64,000 bases of DNA from Planctomycetota bacterium (GTDB lineage Bacteria; Planctomycetota; PLA2; JAEUHO01): NCBI GenBank assembly GCA_050248855.1, contig JBFWRP010000006.1, positions 133,514 through 197,513 on the forward strand, given 5' to 3'. The notes under the pieces were generated by a model that saw nothing but the letters and a program-made list of their open reading frames with translations, did no database searches and had not been told where the DNA came from. The translations under genes were made by a program, and so were the position numbers. Positions 40,184-49,991 of this stretch are shown piece by piece. How positions within the stretch are numbered: the stretch's first letter is position 1; the number at the start of each line of letters is the position of its first letter.

Positions 40184-40443
40184 CGCCGCACCTCGCCCCC
40201 CGCCAACTCTTCGTGGATGTGCCGCAGCACGGCGGACAGCAACCAGCGGGGCGAGCCTCGAGTCGCGCCCTCATGCGCGAACACCGTCCGCTCGCCGTCG
40301 CTGAGGGTGTCGTACCGCTCGACGTAGGAGCGCCACCGCCCCTTGGTGACGCCGACGAGCGAGCGGGCCTCGGATGCGCGGAGCAGGCGGTCCGTCTCCG
40401 GCCACCACTCGGGCTTCGGCTTCGGGGCCGCGCGGCGGGGCAT
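40180..40443 (-). CDS. AlpA/Xis-like HTH protein
   Basis: RLLRASEARSLVGV...RWLLSAV. Confidence 0.65.
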   Translation of the reverse strand: MPRRAAPKPKPEWWPETDRLLRASEARSLVGVTKGRWRSYVERYDTLSDGERTVFAHEGATRGSPRWLLSAVLRHIHEELAGGEVRR

Positions 40444-40766
40444 CACGCCACACCCCCACCGCGCACGACGAGGCGCACGTGCTCGCGCACGGTCGACTCC
40501 AGCCAGCGGTACGCGCCGCGCTTCGCATCCGGCCGGGAGCGCATGAACACGCTCGCATCCACAAGGTCGGGCTGGCGGCGCCAGTAGCGCATGAAGCCCG
40601 CGGCGTTCATGCCGAGGATGGCGCCTGCCTGCTCCGAGTCGATCAGGCGGGGGTCGGCGTGGCGGACCTCATGGCGCAGGTCGCGCACGTCGCGCCGGAG
40701 ACGGCGCACCTCGGCCACCAACTCAGCGCAGCCCTCGCAGTCGTGCCCAACGCCCGCGGCTCCCAT
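40443..40766 (-). CDS. AlpA/Xis-like HTH protein (paralog of its neighbour)
   Basis: RLIDSEQAGAILGM...RWLESTV; start uncertain. Confidence 0.65.
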   Translation of the reverse strand: MGAAGVGHDCEGCAELVAEVRRLRRDVRDLRHEVRHADPRLIDSEQAGAILGMNAAGFMRYWRRQPDLVDASVFMRSRPDAKRGAYRWLESTVREHVRLVVRGGGVA

Positions 40767-40890
40767 CCCGAGAGCATCCTCCACGGTGGGGACAAGGCCC
40801 CGGAGGTGGGCGCGGCGAGTCCGCCTGCCGCGAGCCCTCTCCCGTGCGGGCCTCCTGACAGCCGCCTCTGCATCCCGTAGTCTCGTGGCC

Positions 40891-41364
40891 ATGACAACCA
40901 CGACGAGAAGGGGAGCCACGGCACGAGGACGTGCGAGGTCGAGCGGTCCGCCCATCGGCGTCGTCTTGTTGCTCGTCGCCGGCATCGTCGCGGCCGTCGC
41001 GTGGGGTGTGTCTCGTGGCGGTGGTGGAGGGGAGGCCGACACGACGACGCCCGCCCCTCGCGTGTCCCACAGGGCCGACGACGTCGAGCCGATGCAGGGC
41101 ACGCCCGACGAGATCCTCGCCGCCTTCGATGCGTTGCCGCCCTCGGACACGGGACGGATGCCGGGGGGATTCCCGTACTTGCGGAGCGCGCACCGCCGCA
41201 AGGTGGCGCGACACGCCTCTGCGCTGCGTGAATCCATCGACCGGGGCAACGCCTTCGATGAGGGCCTGGTACGCCTCGAGCTCGCCAGGGACTTCCGAGA
41301 ATGGGCCGCGATCTTCAAGCGCGAGGCGGACGCGGGTCGCGTGCCGGAGCCTCTGCCGAGGTAG
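40891..41364 (+). CDS. Hypothetical membrane-anchored protein
   Basis: Single N-terminal TM helix. Confidence 0.6.
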   Translation: MTTTTRRGATARGRARSSGPPIGVVLLLVAGIVAAVAWGVSRGGGGGEADTTTPAPRVSHRADDVEPMQGTPDEILAAFDALPPSDTGRMPGGFPYLRSAHRRKVARHASALRESIDRGNAFDEGLVRLELARDFREWAAIFKREADAGRVPEPLPR

Positions 41365-41411
41365 AGTGGTTCCAGCCGGCGCGGAGTCCTCACAGCGAAG
41401 GACTCCCACAC

Positions 41412-42026
41412 ATGGGCAAGGATGCGAAGATCCGAGTTCGGCTTGATCTGACGGGCGCACGCGCAGACTTGGCGAACCTGTACCGAGACATGGGCAATGC
41501 CCCTGGCGTCGGCGGCGGGGGGATGCCGAGCATCGGTGCCACGGGCACGGGCCCCGCGCCAGGTGGCGGCGGGTTCGCCGGCATGGGCCTCGGGAGACTG
41601 TTCGGTCTTGCGCTTGGGGCCACCGGTATCGCTCCGCTGCTCGGGCCTGGCCTCCACCAGCAATCCAGCATGATGAACGGATTGCTGGGGGGGTTCGGGC
41701 AGGCAGCAGCAAACGGGCTGTATGGCGATATCGGAGCCGACGCCCGCGGCGACCGTCGCGCCTTGGATGAAGTGAAAGGCATGATGGGGCTCGCCATCGG
41801 ACTGCGCGGTAAGACGGAGGAGGAGCGCAAGGCGCTGGCCGAGCGAGCAATGCCGCTGTTCGAGACAATGGCTCGTGTCACTCGTGCAGAGGAGCGCGGA
41901 AGCGAGGCCCTCGAGACGGTCGGCTCCATGCGGATCACGAAGCGCACAGGCGAGAATGTCGCCGATCGGTTCATGTCGGCCATCGAGAAGTTCGGCCGCT
42001 ACGTCGAGAAGCTGACGCAGCAATGA
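41412..42026 (+). CDS. Hypothetical protein, short tape-measure-like
   Basis: KIRVRLDLTGARADL N-terminus; Gly/Ala-rich hydrophobic middle; helical C-terminus. Confidence 0.45.
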   Translation: MGKDAKIRVRLDLTGARADLANLYRDMGNAPGVGGGGMPSIGATGTGPAPGGGGFAGMGLGRLFGLALGATGIAPLLGPGLHQQSSMMNGLLGGFGQAAANGLYGDIGADARGDRRALDEVKGMMGLAIGLRGKTEEERKALAERAMPLFETMARVTRAEERGSEALETVGSMRITKRTGENVADRFMSAIEKFGRYVEKLTQQ

Positions 42027-42379
42027 GGCCGCTAGCCCTCGCCCTTCGTGATCGTCCCGACAACCACGACCTGCCGCTCTGCGCGGTGCGAGCCATGACG
42101 CGGTTTCCCGTCGCAGCGCCCATTGTCGCCGGCTCTATCTGGCGCATGGCACAGGAGAACCGCCGAGCCTCGCATGGCGAGGGCATCCCCGACGATTCGG
42201 ACGCGGGGAGGGTCGCACTCTCGGCGTGTACCGCGTTCCTGCTGCTCGACGGCGTGCGGGACGGCGATGCGTGCGCAGGCGTGGCCTACCTTGCGCAGTA
42301 CGCCCGTGGCGACGAGTCGCTAGCCCACATCGACGCCGCGCTCGTCCACGTGTGCCGGCACGGGAGACAGGCGTCATGA
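42023..42379 (+). CDS. Hypothetical protein
   Basis: ATGA overlaps at both ends. Confidence 0.6.
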   Translation: MRPLALALRDRPDNHDLPLCAVRAMTRFPVAAPIVAGSIWRMAQENRRASHGEGIPDDSDAGRVALSACTAFLLLDGVRDGDACAGVAYLAQYARGDESLAHIDAALVHVCRHGRQAS

Positions 42380-44676
42380 GGCCGCCGAAGGTCACGATCG
42401 GCGGCGCCGTCTGCCTGGCCACGGGTGCGGTGCATTGGACCGAAGTCTCCGGCAACTCCGCTCCCTTCGTCACGTTCCACGTTCATCGCCGTGAGTGGAG
42501 CCGCCTGGCAAGCCGCATGGGCCAGGAGGTGGACTTCAGAATCGAGAGCGACACGGCCCCCTCTCTCGTGGTGCGTCGCCTCGTGCTCGTTCACGAAACG
42601 CACACGTCCTTGCCGTTCACACGCGCCGTCGTTGTGTCGGACCAGCGAGTGTGGTGGCCCTATCGCCTCATTCACCGCGACTACAACGTGGTCCGCAAGA
42701 CGGGTTCCCGCCGGCTCGTGGGCGGCGAGGTGATCGAGCTCGCGCAGTCCATCGACACATTCACGTATGCCAAGTGGAGTCTGGACCCCAGCACCGGCCG
42801 CCGCTGGACGACGCGCCGCTTCGTGGAGGACGTGTTTGGCCAGATCGCCGCCAGCACGTCGTCGCAGCTCATCATCGGCGACCTGCCCCAGGACGACGAG
42901 GCGGACGGCGTCGGTACGGTGCAGAACGTGCTCCTCTCGGAGAACGCCGCCAGCGCAGCGGGCCGAGCCCTCGGCACCATTCGCGGGCTCGCCGTGACGA
43001 TCACGAAGAATGGCGACGTGCGCCTGTTCGATGAAACCGACTACCTCGGTGCAGAGGACATGCTCAAGGGCAAGACCACGACCGACCGCGGGACGCAGGT
43101 CCGGCGGATCAGCCTGGCAGGCGTGCGCCCGGCTCGCGTGTCGGTCTACTTCGAGCGTGAGGTGGAGGTGCGTTTCGACAGCCGTGAGGAGGACGAGTCG
43201 CCGCCCCGCTATGCGCCCGAGACGATCGGCGGGGGCGACCTGCTGCCCCTTGTGGACAACGTCTTGCCTCTCCCCGATCCGACGACACAGATCGACGGCG
43301 ACGCGGACGGGTGGGCGCAAGGTGCGTGGGCAACCGTGAAGCAGGCCGTGGACGCATGGGCAACGCAGTTCCCCAAGATCCCCGGCCAGGCGGAAGTGAG
43401 TCTCCGGTCCGCTCGAGCCAATTGGTGGTGGCTCGATCGGGCCTGGGGGAAGATCGGCGACGCCTTCCCCGCTAGCGCGCCGGCGTCGTGGATGGCGCGC
43501 ACCTCCACGTTCATGAACCACTACCGGAGGACGTACCGGATCCCTCGCGATTGGATGGACAACATCCGGGAGGTCCGAGGCTACCGGGTGAGCATCCTCG
43601 ACCCCGTCACGCGCACACGAGGACCCGCGCAAGCCTGGGGTACGTACTGCGTCATCCCGTCATCGAAGTACCAGCTGCAAACTCTGGACTCTGGCGACGA
43701 GGCGTTCGTCGCGCAGAACATCGACGGATATCCGGGCATCGACGGCGAGCTATGGACGAAGCCGGCGAGTCCGTGCGTCGTGAGCGTGGTGGACCCGCAC
43801 CTTGGCGTTCTCTCGCTTCAATGGCAGGTGGACCCCTATGGGCTGAACCGCGCCATCCACCCGAGCATGTACGTACCACTCGGGGGCGGGCAGCCCACCG
43901 CGCCGTCGCGTGACTTCCGCGAACCAAGGCAGGCGTGGGACGGCATCCCGCGATCGACGGTCCCGCTTGTGCTCGCTGACGATCACCGCGTGGCCATGCT
44001 CGTCACCTGCATCCCCGGCAGCCCGAACGACAAGGGCCGGCTGTTCCGCATCGACGTAGATCCCGTGGACGTGGCCGATCGCCTCGCGGGCGGAGGGGTG
44101 GACCCGTCGGGCGGTGCCGGTCCGACCTTCGAGGTGTACGTGCCGCCGCAGCTCGTGTCCGCTTGGTACGCCTGGCGCACGACGAGGGAGGCGCGCAGCA
44201 CCGCCCGTGTGCTGTTCGGTCTGGATCCGTCCCCGTCAGCATTCGGCGACGGCGGTGGAGGTGGTGGTCCAGCCGGCCCGGTCCCCCCTCCGGCCGCGCC
44301 TGGCGGCGGCGGCTTCGCGGTCGGCGGCAGCATCATCCGGGACTTCCTCGACGGCTTGAATGCCGACCCGCAAGACGGCTACGAGATCGTGAACCATGGC
44401 ACCGAGAGCGTCTTGCAGGCCGTAGCCGAGGCGATGGCCATCCGCGTGTGGTCGGCCTACGCGGACGGCGTAACAGGCAGTCCGGCGTACCACCTGGACC
44501 CGCGTCTCGAGCCCCGCGGCAACGTCCACTCGGTATCCCACGGCGTGATGATGGACGGCGCACTCCTGACGTCCGTGGACGCGAGCGCGAACCGTCCGCC
44601 CTACGATCCGCTGGCCTTCGTACCTGTTCCGATGCGAAGCCTGCTCATCCACCGGGTGCCCGACGGGACCGTGTAA
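42376..44676 (+). CDS. Large hypothetical protein (766 aa), possibly a virion tail/baseplate hub
   Basis: Clear ORF with RBS; beta-rich composition; function inferred only. Confidence 0.5.
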   Translation: MRPPKVTIGGAVCLATGAVHWTEVSGNSAPFVTFHVHRREWSRLASRMGQEVDFRIESDTAPSLVVRRLVLVHETHTSLPFTRAVVVSDQRVWWPYRLIHRDYNVVRKTGSRRLVGGEVIELAQSIDTFTYAKWSLDPSTGRRWTTRRFVEDVFGQIAASTSSQLIIGDLPQDDEADGVGTVQNVLLSENAASAAGRALGTIRGLAVTITKNGDVRLFDETDYLGAEDMLKGKTTTDRGTQVRRISLAGVRPARVSVYFEREVEVRFDSREEDESPPRYAPETIGGGDLLPLVDNVLPLPDPTTQIDGDADGWAQGAWATVKQAVDAWATQFPKIPGQAEVSLRSARANWWWLDRAWGKIGDAFPASAPASWMARTSTFMNHYRRTYRIPRDWMDNIREVRGYRVSILDPVTRTRGPAQAWGTYCVIPSSKYQLQTLDSGDEAFVAQNIDGYPGIDGELWTKPASPCVVSVVDPHLGVLSLQWQVDPYGLNRAIHPSMYVPLGGGQPTAPSRDFREPRQAWDGIPRSTVPLVLADDHRVAMLVTCIPGSPNDKGRLFRIDVDPVDVADRLAGGGVDPSGGAGPTFEVYVPPQLVSAWYAWRTTREARSTARVLFGLDPSPSAFGDGGGGGGPAGPVPPPAAPGGGGFAVGGSIIRDFLDGLNADPQDGYEIVNHGTESVLQAVAEAMAIRVWSAYADGVTGSPAYHLDPRLEPRGNVHSVSHGVMMDGALLTSVDASANRPPYDPLAFVPVPMRSLLIHRVPDGTV

Positions 44677-44906
44677 GCGAGGAAGCGCCGCCCGGGGCCG
44701 TTGGAGCGGCGCACCGGGCGACTTGCGACGTCACGTACCAAGCCGCGACGGCACCGCTCGGGAGACTAGCCCACCCAAGGACGGGCGGCACCTTGCAAGC
44801 GGCCCGCCGTGTCCGTACGATCCCGCTCGCCTCGACACACGAGGCACCCCGCGACAGGCGTTGGAGCGCCTCCGCAGGGCTACCTACCGACCAAGCGGAG
44901 GAAGCG

Positions 44907-45389
44907 ATGCAGCGTGCATCCCGTGATCTGTCTACGTCCGATTCAATGGCCCCGATGGACGACGGGGCCCGTCGCCGAGCCACGGCCGCATGGATCCTCA
45001 CCCTCGGCGCGAAGGCTTCCGCGCCTGCACCCCAAGACGACGACGAGCACGCCGTGCGTGCGGCCGTCGAGGGCAGCGACGATCCCGAAGGGCTCACGGC
45101 CGGCCTGCGTCGTGCCGTCACGCACCGCCGAACGCGAGGCGAGATCCCCACGACCGCGAGCATCGCGCACATGGCCGGCGGTGGTGCTGACTCGCTGCCC
45201 GAAGCGATCGACCCGGCGCAGGCCCGCGACGAGATCGAAGCCCTCAAGCGCGAGGAAGCGATGGACGCGATCCTCGGGGGCGTGGAAGCCCTCGGCCTGG
45301 ACGTCGCGCTCGGCGTGCTCCGCGATGAGCTCCACCGCCGCGGCTTCACGGACGACGAGATCGACGCACACACACGGCGCGGCGCGTAG
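44907..45389 (+). CDS. Hypothetical protein
   Basis: RBS GGAGG; acidic and helical. Confidence 0.6.
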   Translation: MQRASRDLSTSDSMAPMDDGARRRATAAWILTLGAKASAPAPQDDDEHAVRAAVEGSDDPEGLTAGLRRAVTHRRTRGEIPTTASIAHMAGGGADSLPEAIDPAQARDEIEALKREEAMDAILGGVEALGLDVALGVLRDELHRRGFTDDEIDAHTRRGA

Positions 45390-45450
45390 GCGTCTAGCCC
45401 GTCGCGAGCACCGCAGGGCCTCGGGGTCACTCCCGGGGCCCGCTTCCGTT

Positions 45451-45831
45451 CTAGGCCGCAGCTGCGTCGCCTCGGTCGATCCACATGGCCACGACCTCAT
45501 CGAACGGGGCGAGGGAGCGGCACCCGCAGGCGTACAGCGTCAGCGTGTCGCGGAAGGTGCGGTGGTCCTCGGTCGTGAACGTGGGTGGGGCCACCGCCAT
45601 CGCGAAGGACGCCGCGAGGCGCGACAGCTCGAGGTAGTCGTCGGAGCCGACCACGACGCCATCCCCGCCCGTCGCCTCGCGGTAGCCAAGCGCAGCGTCA
45701 CGCACGAAGCCGGCGAGATACGCCTTCCACGGTGCAGGCTTGGGGAGGTGCGGTAGCAGGTCGATGAGGGTCGCCGCCATGCGCGCCGGGTCGATCGGCA
45801 CTCGCGGGTCGGGGGCTTCGTGATGCGTCAT
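45451..45831 (-). CDS. Hypothetical protein
   Basis: Downstream of the recombinase on the same strand. Confidence 0.55.
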   Translation of the reverse strand: MTHHEAPDPRVPIDPARMAATLIDLLPHLPKPAPWKAYLAGFVRDAALGYREATGGDGVVVGSDDYLELSRLAASFAMAVAPPTFTTEDHRTFRDTLTLYACGCRSLAPFDEVVAMWIDRGDAAAA

Positions 45832-45894
45832 GCGCCCATCGTCCCACGCACGTGGCGTGGTGTCTCGGACGCCGGCCGCGTGGTCGAGGCCGAA

Positions 45895-46965
45895 TCAGCG
45901 AATGACGAACGGCACCGCGAGCGATTGCGCGGCACGGACCTTGGCGCGGTCGCCTCGACGGTCGTAGCGGGCCGTCGTCGTCGGGCTGGCGTGGCCGAGG
46001 AAGGCTTGCACGGTGGGGAGGTCGTTGCCCGTGTCGAGCAAGTCCGACGCCACGGTGCGCCGTGCATCGCGCGGAGCGAGCGACGAGACGCCGGCCGCGG
46101 TGGCGACCTTGGCGAGCCATCCGTAGAGGGCTTGCGTCGTGACGCCCTTGGAGCGGTCCACCTCGCCGCCACGGTTGACCGGGCACAACAGGTAGCCCGG
46201 CTCGGAGCCGCGCACCTTGAGCCACGCCAGGACGGCCGCACGTGATCCGTTCGCCAGCGGGACCGAGCGGACCTTGCCGCCCTTGCCGTGGACCCGGAGC
46301 GTCATGGTGCCGCCGTCGGCATCGTCGGCCAGGTCGTCCAGCGTGAGCCGCACGGCCTCGGCACGACGAAGCCCACCACCGAACAGCAGGCCGAGGGCCG
46401 CCGCGTCACGAGCGCCGGCGGGGGAGTCCTCGACGCACGCGAACAGCCGCGCACGCTCGGAGGCGGACACGTAGCGCCCGGCCGGGTCGGTGCTTGTCGT
46501 GTCCCGCTTCGTCTTGAGGTCGTCGGTGATGCGGGCCAGGGCTTCGGCATCGAAGCGCCCGAGCCGCCACGCCTCGCGCAGCACACCACGGAGCGCCGCC
46601 ACCGAAGCCGCGACCGTAGCCTTCGAGAAAGGCTTGCCCGTCTTGGCCGAGCGGTGGTCGCGCAGGTTGGCGCGGATCGTGGCCACGAGCGCGTAGTCGA
46701 TGCGATCCCACGGAGCCGCGAGCACGGCCGCGAGCGAGCGATCGGCGTCGGCATCCTCGGCGAGAGCGCCGGACACCACGAGCACGCGCCGCAGGCCACC
46801 GAAGGCGGTCCGGCTCGAGGTCGTCCACACGGGCCGCCCCTCGTCGTCCAGGCGCAGGCCCGCCCGGCGCAGGTAGGCCGCAGCTGCGCATGCCCACGCC
46901 TCGGCGGGGACGTGGGCCAGGGTCGCGGGGGGCTTGCGGAGGGCCAGGGTGCCGGTCGTGGTCAT
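45895..46965 (-). CDS. Tyrosine recombinase (resolvase/Xer-like)
   Basis: GLRRAE, GKGGKVR, PRDARRT and LGHASPTTTARY. Confidence 0.9.
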   Translation of the reverse strand: MTTTGTLALRKPPATLAHVPAEAWACAAAAYLRRAGLRLDDEGRPVWTTSSRTAFGGLRRVLVVSGALAEDADADRSLAAVLAAPWDRIDYALVATIRANLRDHRSAKTGKPFSKATVAASVAALRGVLREAWRLGRFDAEALARITDDLKTKRDTTSTDPAGRYVSASERARLFACVEDSPAGARDAAALGLLFGGGLRRAEAVRLTLDDLADDADGGTMTLRVHGKGGKVRSVPLANGSRAAVLAWLKVRGSEPGYLLCPVNRGGEVDRSKGVTTQALYGWLAKVATAAGVSSLAPRDARRTVASDLLDTGNDLPTVQAFLGHASPTTTARYDRRGDRAKVRAAQSLAVPFVIR

Positions 46966-46971
46966 GGTCGG

Positions 46972-47009
46972 GACTCCCTTTCGGTAAGTGCCATTATCAT
47001 AAGGGAGTC
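46972..47009. promoter_or_regulatory. dif-like recombination site
   Basis: GACTCCCTTTCGGTAA-GTGCCA-TTATCATAAGGGAGTC (16-6-16 inverted repeat). Confidence 0.65.
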
Positions 47010-47585
47010 AAACGGATGCAAGAGGGGAGCGGGGAGCGACCCGGCCCTGATCCCACGCCTTCCCCATCGCGGGACGCCTGCCGGCATGGCGGACCACAGG
47101 AGCCGGGCCGCTCGCCCGTCGTCCAGGCCACGCGCGACGAGCTCGCCAGCGGTCACGCGCCAGCCTTGGGGAGTTCCGGTGGCGCGCGGGGCTCGCTGGT
47201 GCTCGCGCCGGGTAGGGAATGGTCGATGGTCCCCGACCGCCCCCCCACGAGACGCGCTACACGCCCCCAGAAGGGCCGCGACCTGGCAGGGGTCCAGGCA
47301 CGCGCCCGAGGGGCGACCGTGAGCGCAGCGCGCCGCCACCGCCGCGGAGCGCGTCGAACGTCGTATGGGGCGCTCGTGGACACTCAGTGGCCCGATTCCC
47401 CCCCGAGAGGGGGTGGCCCAGGGGTGAGCGAGGGGCCCGCCTCTGCGGTCATGGAGCCCCGCGGCTCCCGGGGAGATGCTGCCTTGGCCTGCATGCGCAG
47501 GTCGTGGCGCGCGGTCCCGGTGGGGGTCCGCCCGCCGATGCTTCTAGACGCGGGGCAGCTACCAGAGACCCGCTCGAGGACCTCA

Positions 47586-48497
47586 ATGGCGAGCAGCAAG
47601 TCGAAAGAGCTCCAGGTCCACACGTTCCTGTCTCTGTTCCTCGACATCCTCGGTTGGGGCCAGCAACTGCTCGACTTCGACGGCGTCGCAGAGGCCATCT
47701 GGGGGCCCGAGGAGACGGAGCGTCGAGTCCTCCAGCCCCTGCAACAGCTCGGCGTCCTCGAGCGCACGGTGCGGGCCTACGTCAACCTCGAGAGCCCTGA
47801 CCGGTGGGAGCCCGATCCGCGGCTGGCGAACCTGGGCCCCGCCGAGCAGGAGCGGTATCGCCAGCTCACGCAGCGGCGGATCCTCCTCCAGTCGCTGAAC
47901 GACTGCTTCATCCTCTCCACCCCCTTTACCGCCAGGCGTGGCGGGATGCCGGCGCTGGAGAGCTTGATCGCACAAGTCGCTCTGGCGCTGCCGATGCTCC
48001 TGGCGCAGGAGGTCCCAGTCCGTGGGGCCATCGCGGCGGGGATCGGGCTAGAGCACCGCGGTCAGATCATCGGCTCGTCAGTGGTCAGGTCCTACAAGAT
48101 CGAGTCCGAAGTTGCCGGCTTCCCGCGTGTCGTCATCGATCGTGGACTCGTACCGTTCGTGCACGAGGTGGCGTCGGAGGGGCCGGACGATGTGGACCGC
48201 AACTCGGCGCGTCGTGCCCTGGGGTGGCTGTTCGTGGACCAGGATGGCCAAGTAGCCGTCGACTACTTCGGTGCCCATGCCCTAGAGTTCTACGGCTGGA
48301 TGCGGTCTCCTGAGATGAGCCGTGCAGTGAGGCAGGCGTACGGCTTTGTCCGCGCCCAGCGCCAGGCAGCGAAGTCCGCCGGGCAGGCCAAGCACTTGGC
48401 GAAGTGGGACGCTGTGCGCGATTACTTCCGCTCACGCCTTCCTCGCGAGGTGCTCGGGCTCCCCGCGCTCGAGGAGCAAGACGGAGTTGACCAGTAG
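47586..48497 (+). CDS. Class III nucleotide cyclase-like protein
   Basis: FLDILGW, LNDCFI, RGAIAAG, G..VVRSY..ES and FPRVVID. Confidence 0.6.
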   Translation: MASSKSKELQVHTFLSLFLDILGWGQQLLDFDGVAEAIWGPEETERRVLQPLQQLGVLERTVRAYVNLESPDRWEPDPRLANLGPAEQERYRQLTQRRILLQSLNDCFILSTPFTARRGGMPALESLIAQVALALPMLLAQEVPVRGAIAAGIGLEHRGQIIGSSVVRSYKIESEVAGFPRVVIDRGLVPFVHEVASEGPDDVDRNSARRALGWLFVDQDGQVAVDYFGAHALEFYGWMRSPEMSRAVRQAYGFVRAQRQAAKSAGQAKHLAKWDAVRDYFRSRLPREVLGLPALEEQDGVDQ

Positions 48498-48613
48498 CTT
48501 CTGGAGGCCACATGGCCCTCAGCCGCGGCACCGCCGACAGTGGCCGTGGTGGGGTCCCCTCGCCCTACGCTGGCCGAATGCCTAAGTCCGACGCCGAGTC
48601 CGGAGGGAAGCCT

Positions 48614-48832
48614 ATGCGAACCCGGAGGTGGCTTTGGCTGGCATTCGCCGGGTTCGTGCTGGCGTTCGGCTACTTCATCTGGCCCACACCGTGGGTGTAC
48701 GAAACGAAGGTCTGCAACGGCAATCTCGTGGCCCTTCGCAGGCACAGGCTGACGGGCGATATCGAGGGCCGGCGGTTGTACCTGCGCTTCCCACACACGC
48801 GGGGATGGGCTGTGTTCGAGGAGAAGGACTAG
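48614..48832 (+). CDS. Small single-TM protein
   Basis: RBS GGAGG; hydrophobic N-terminus. Confidence 0.6.
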   Translation: MRTRRWLWLAFAGFVLAFGYFIWPTPWVYETKVCNGNLVALRRHRLTGDIEGRRLYLRFPHTRGWAVFEEKD

Positions 48833-48834
48833 CG

Positions 48835-49965
48835 ATGGGACGAGCAAAGCCTCGCGCCTGGGGAAGCGTCCGCAAGCGCGGTGATCGTCCCGGCTACGTG
48901 GTGCGGTTCAACCTCGAGGGGCGGACGATCGAGCGGGCCGCGGGCCGGACGTGGAAGGAAGCCGACAAGAAGCGGCGCGCCGCACAAGTCCTGGCGGAGG
49001 CGGGGACGCCTCTCACAGACCTGCTCGCTGCTGTGTTCGGGGATGTGGGCGGCTCTGGCGCATCCCTCGCCGAGCTGGCTCCCGCGTACCTCGCGTACGC
49101 AGCGAGCCGCAAGAAGCCGACCACGCTGAAGGGCGACACACACCGGCTCGGCGTGCTGAAGGCTGCACCCTGGTCGAGAAAGCCGCTCGGCGCCGTCACA
49201 CCTCGCGACCTGCTGGCGTGGACGGCCAAGCGCGAAGCCTCGAAGGTGTCCGGCTCCACGATCAATCGGGACCTGGCTCTCGGTTCCGCGCTCTACAAGT
49301 GGGCGGAGCGTGCCGGGCACGTCACCGGGGACAACCCTTTCCGCAAGGTGCCGCGCTACTCCGAGAGGGGCAGGGCCCGGGAGACGTACCTGACGGCGGC
49401 GGAAGCGCGGGGCCTCATCGACGCCTGCTCGCCCATCCTGCGTCCGATCGTCCTTGCGGCACTCCACACGGGGATGCGGCGCGGGGAGTTGCTTTCGCTC
49501 CGCTGGCGCTCTGTGGACCTCAAGCGCGCCGAGCTCGTCGTGGAGCCCGAGGCGGAGAAAGCTGGCCGGGGGCGCGTTGTCCCGCTCTCGCCCGACCTCC
49601 TGACGCTCCTCAAGGCCCTGAGGGGCTCCCGTCCGCGCCCAGCCGTCGATGGCTCCGACCATGTGTTCGTGGTCGCTGACGGCGCTACGTGGGGTCTGGA
49701 GGCTCTGCGCGTGGCTCTCCGGACCACGGTAAAGGCGTGCGAGGCGATCCCGGTGGGGAAGAAGGAGCGCGTTACGTTCCACGCAATGCGCCACACCGCC
49801 GCGTCCCTGATGGTGGGGGCCGGGGTGCCGGTGCTCGACGTGGCGCGGATCCTGGGCCACTCGACGCTCGCCGTGACGATGCGCTACGCGCACTTCGCGC
49901 CAGAGTCAGGGCGGGCGGCCATCACCGAACTTGGCCGGGCCTTGAACGCCTCGGGTGCGGGGTGA
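48835..49965 (+). CDS. Phage-type integrase (tyrosine recombinase)
   Basis: Arm-binding N-terminus GSVRKR..YVVRF; GMRRGEL, FHAMRHT and LGHS...TMRY. Confidence 0.93.
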   Translation: MGRAKPRAWGSVRKRGDRPGYVVRFNLEGRTIERAAGRTWKEADKKRRAAQVLAEAGTPLTDLLAAVFGDVGGSGASLAELAPAYLAYAASRKKPTTLKGDTHRLGVLKAAPWSRKPLGAVTPRDLLAWTAKREASKVSGSTINRDLALGSALYKWAERAGHVTGDNPFRKVPRYSERGRARETYLTAAEARGLIDACSPILRPIVLAALHTGMRRGELLSLRWRSVDLKRAELVVEPEAEKAGRGRVVPLSPDLLTLLKALRGSRPRPAVDGSDHVFVVADGATWGLEALRVALRTTVKACEAIPVGKKERVTFHAMRHTAASLMVGAGVPVLDVARILGHSTLAVTMRYAHFAPESGRAAITELGRALNASGAG

Positions 49966-49991
49966 CTGTGCGCGGAGAGGTACGGGAGCCC

